Positions 61,066-64,000 of a DNA stretch of 64,000 nucleotides are shown here, piece by piece. Made by a program: the position numbers and the translations under genes. Every line of letters starts with the position of its first letter. Position 1 is the first letter of the stretch. Source of the stretch: Eutreptiella sp. 'Long Island Sound 2002' (lineage: Eukaryota; Protista; Euglenida); contig OZ038378.1 in assembly GCA_964036045.1 (NCBI GenBank), positions 7,564,001 to 7,628,000 of the forward strand, read 5' to 3'. The notes under the pieces were generated by a model. It did no database searches and had not been told where the DNA came from. It saw nothing but the letters and a program-made list of their open reading frames with translations.

Positions 61066-64000
61066 AAGTGGTGTAAGTTCAAAGTGGTGTAAGGCCCGTG
61101 TAAAGTGGTGTAAGGCACGTGTAAAGTGGTGTAAGGCCCGTGTAAAGTGGTGTAAGGTCCGTGCAAAGTGGTGTCAGGCCCGTGTTAAGTGGCGGAGGGA
61201 CCGTGTAAAGTGGTGCAAGGCCCGTGTAAAGTGGTGGAAGGCCCGTGTAAAGCGGTGTAAGGACCGTGTAAAGTGGTGTAAGGTCCGTGTAAAGTGGTGT
61301 AAGGCCCGTGTAAAGTGGTGTAAGGCTCGTGTAAAGTGGTGTAAGGCCCGTGTAAAGTCGTCTAAAGCGCGTGTGAAGTGGTGTAAGAACCGTGCAAAGT
61401 GTTGTAAGGCCCGTGTAAAGTGGTGGAAGGCCCGTGTAAAGTGGTGAAAGGCCCGTGTAAAGTGGTGTGAGGCCCGTGTAAAGTGGTGTAAGGCCCGTGT
61501 AAAGTGGTGTAAGGCCCATGTAAAATGGTGTAAGGCCCGTGTAAAGTGGTGGAAGGCCCGTGTAAAGTGGTGTAAGGCCCGTGTGAAGTGGTGTAAGGCC
61601 CGTGTAAAGTGGTGTAAGGCCCGTGTAAAGTGGTGTAAGGCCCGTGTAAAGTGGTGTAAGGCCCGTGTGAAGTGGTGTAAGGCCCGTGTAAAGTGGTGTA
61701 AGGCCCGTGTAAAGTGGTGTAAGGCCCGTGTGAAGTGGCGGAAGACCCGTGTAAAGTGGTGTCAGGTCCGTGTAAAGTGGTGTCAGGCCCGTGTTAAGTG
61801 GCGGAGGGACCGTGTAAAGTGGTGCAAGGCCCGTGTAAAGTGGTGGAAGGCCCGTGTAAAGCGGTGTAAGGACCGTGTAAAGTGGTGTAAGGTCCGTGTA
61901 AAGTGGTGTAAGGCCCGTGTAAAGTGGTGTAAGGCTCGTGTAAAGTGGTGTAAGGCCCGTGTAAAGTCGTCTAAAGCGCGTGTGAAGTGGTGTAAGAACC
62001 GTGCAAAGTGTTGTAAGGCCCGTGTAAAGTGGTGGAAGGCCCGTGTAAAGTGGTGAAAGGCCCGTGTAAAGTGGTGTGAGGCCCGTGTAAAGTGGTGTAA
62101 GGCCCGTGTAAAGTGGTGTAAGGCCCATGTAAAATGGTGTAAGGCCCGTGTAAAGTGGTGGAAGGCCCGTGTAAAGTGGTGTAAGGCCCGTGTGAAGTGG
62201 TGTAAGGCCCGTGTAAAGTGGTGTAAGGCCCGTGTAAAGTGGTGTAAGGCCCGTGTAAAGTGGTGTAAGGCCCGTGTGAAGTGGTGTAAGGCCCGTGTAA
62301 AGTGGTGTAAGGCCCGTGTAAAGTGGTGTAAGGCCCGTGTGAAGTGGCGGAAGACCCGTGTAAAGTGGTGTCAGGTCCGTGTAAAGTGGTGTAAGGCCCG
62401 TGTAAAGTGGTGTAAGGCCCGTGTAAAGTGGTGTAAGGCCCGCGTAAAGTGGTGTAAGGCACGTGTAAAGTGGTGTAAGGCCCGTGTAAAGTGGTGTACG
62501 GCCCGTGTAAAGTGGCGGAAGGCACGTGTAAAGTGGTGTAAGGCCCGTGTAAAGTGGCGGAAGGACCGTGTAGAGTGGTGTAAGGCCCGTGTAAAGTGGT
62601 GTAAGGCCCGTGTAAAGTGGTGTGAGGCCCGTGTAAAGTGGTGTAAGGCCCGCGTAAAGTGGTGTAAGGTCCGTGCAAAGTGGTGTGAGGCCCGTGTAAA
62701 GTGGTGCATGGCCCGTGTAAAGTGGTTTAAGGCCCGTGTAAAGTGGCGGAAGGCCCGTGTAAAGTGGTGCAAGGCCCGTGTAAAGTGGTGTAAGGCCCGT
62801 GTAAAGTGGTGTAACCCCCGTGTAAAGTGGTGTAAGCCCCGTGTGAAGTGGTGTAAGGCCCGTGTAAAGTGGTGTAAGGCCGGTGTAAAGTGGTGTAAGG
62901 TCCGTGCAAAGTGGTGTAAGGTACGTGCAAAGTGGTGTGAGGCCCGTGTAAAGTGGCGGAAGGCACGTGTAAAGTGGTGGAAGGCCCGTGCAAAGTGGTG
63001 AAAGGCCCGTGTAAAGTGGTCTAAGGCCCGTGCAAAGTGGTGTAAGGCCCGTGTAAAGTGGTGTAAGGTCCGTGTAAAGTGGTGTAAGGTCCGTGCAAAG
63101 TGGTGTAAGGCCCGTGTAAAGTGGTGTAAGGCCCGTGTAAAGTGGTGTAAGGCCCGTGAACAGTGGTGTAAGGCCCGAGTAAAGTGGTGTAAGGCCCGTT
63201 TAAAGTGGTGTAAGGCCCGTGTAAAGTGGTGTAAGGCACGTGTAAAGTGGTGTAAGGCCCGTGTAAAGTGGTGTAAGGCCCGTTTAAAGTGGTGTAAGGC
63301 CCGTGTAAAGTGGTGTAAGGCACGTGTAAAGTGGTGTAAGGCCCGTGTAAAGTGGTGTAAGGCCCGTGTAAAGTGGTGTAAGGCCCGTGTAAAGTGGTGT
63401 AAGGCCCGTGTAAAGTGGTGGAAGGCCCGTGTAAAGTGGTGTAAGGCACGTGCAAAGTGGTGTAAGGCCCGTGCAAAGTGGTGTAAGGTCCGTGTAAAGT
63501 GGTGTGAGGCCCGTGTAAAGTGCTGTAGGGCCCGTGTAAAGTCGTCTAAAGCGCGTGTGAAGTGGTCTAAGAACCGTGTAAAGTGGTGTAAGGCCCGTGT
63601 AAAGTGGTGTAAGGCCCGTGTAAAGTGGTGTAAGGCCCGTGTAAAGTGGTGTAAGGCCCGTGAAAAGTGGTGCAAGGCACGTGTAAAGTGGTGTAAGGCC
63701 CGTGTAAAGTGGTGTAAGGCCCGTGTAAAGTGGTGTAACCCCCGTGTAAAGTGGTGTAAGGCTCGTGTAAAGTCGTCTAAAGCGGGTGTGAAGTGGTGTA
63801 AGAACCGTGTAAAGTGGTGTAAGGCCCGTGTAAAGTGGTGTAAGGCCCGTGTAAAGTGGTGTAAGGCCCGTGTAACGTGGTGTAAGGTCCGTGCAAAGTG
63901 GTGTGAGGCCGGTGTAAAGTGGCGTAAGGCTTGTGTAAAGTGGTGTAAGGACCGTGTAAAGTGGTGGAAGGCCCGTGTAAACTGGTGTAAGGCCCGTGTA
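61066..64000. repeat. 21-bp satellite (GTGTAAAGTGGTGTAAGGCCC)n, ~140 copies, running off the window end
   Basis: Direct reading; diagnostic variants recur at a 609-bp offset. Confidence 0.98.

Noticed and set aside
60935-63675. ORFs of KWCKARV / LTPLYTG / HHFTRAL / HGPYTTL heptads
   Set aside because: All frames of a 21-bp satellite are open by construction, and there is no codon-position bias in the variants.

Overview
Eukaryotic, intron-rich and repeat-rich genomic DNA, most likely from a photosynthetic euglenid (inferred from a two-hydrophobic-segment plastid presequence plus long GT-AG introns and SL-type acceptor sites; species not determinable). Four spliced + strand genes can be reconstructed with phase-consistent GT-AG junctions: the 3' part of a BRCA2-like gene (<1-8044), a rubrerythrin/ferritin-like protein (12597-13933), a plastid DUF760/At3g17800-type protein (18874-24303) and a bacterial-type NAD-dependent formate dehydrogenase (44482-55691). 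Mobile DNA includes a non-autonomous hAT element with an 8-bp TSD, a decayed EN-RT-RNase H LINE, a 5'-truncated second LINE flanked by (CACATA)n arrays, a foldback-like MITE, and a recent Mutator/Foldback-like element (9-bp TSD, empty-site paralogue in the window) carrying a Ulp1/C48-like protease ORF inside FDH intron 3. The window ends in a 21-bp satellite with a 609-bp higher-order duplication. All homology calls are by eye against remembered family motifs; no searches were run.
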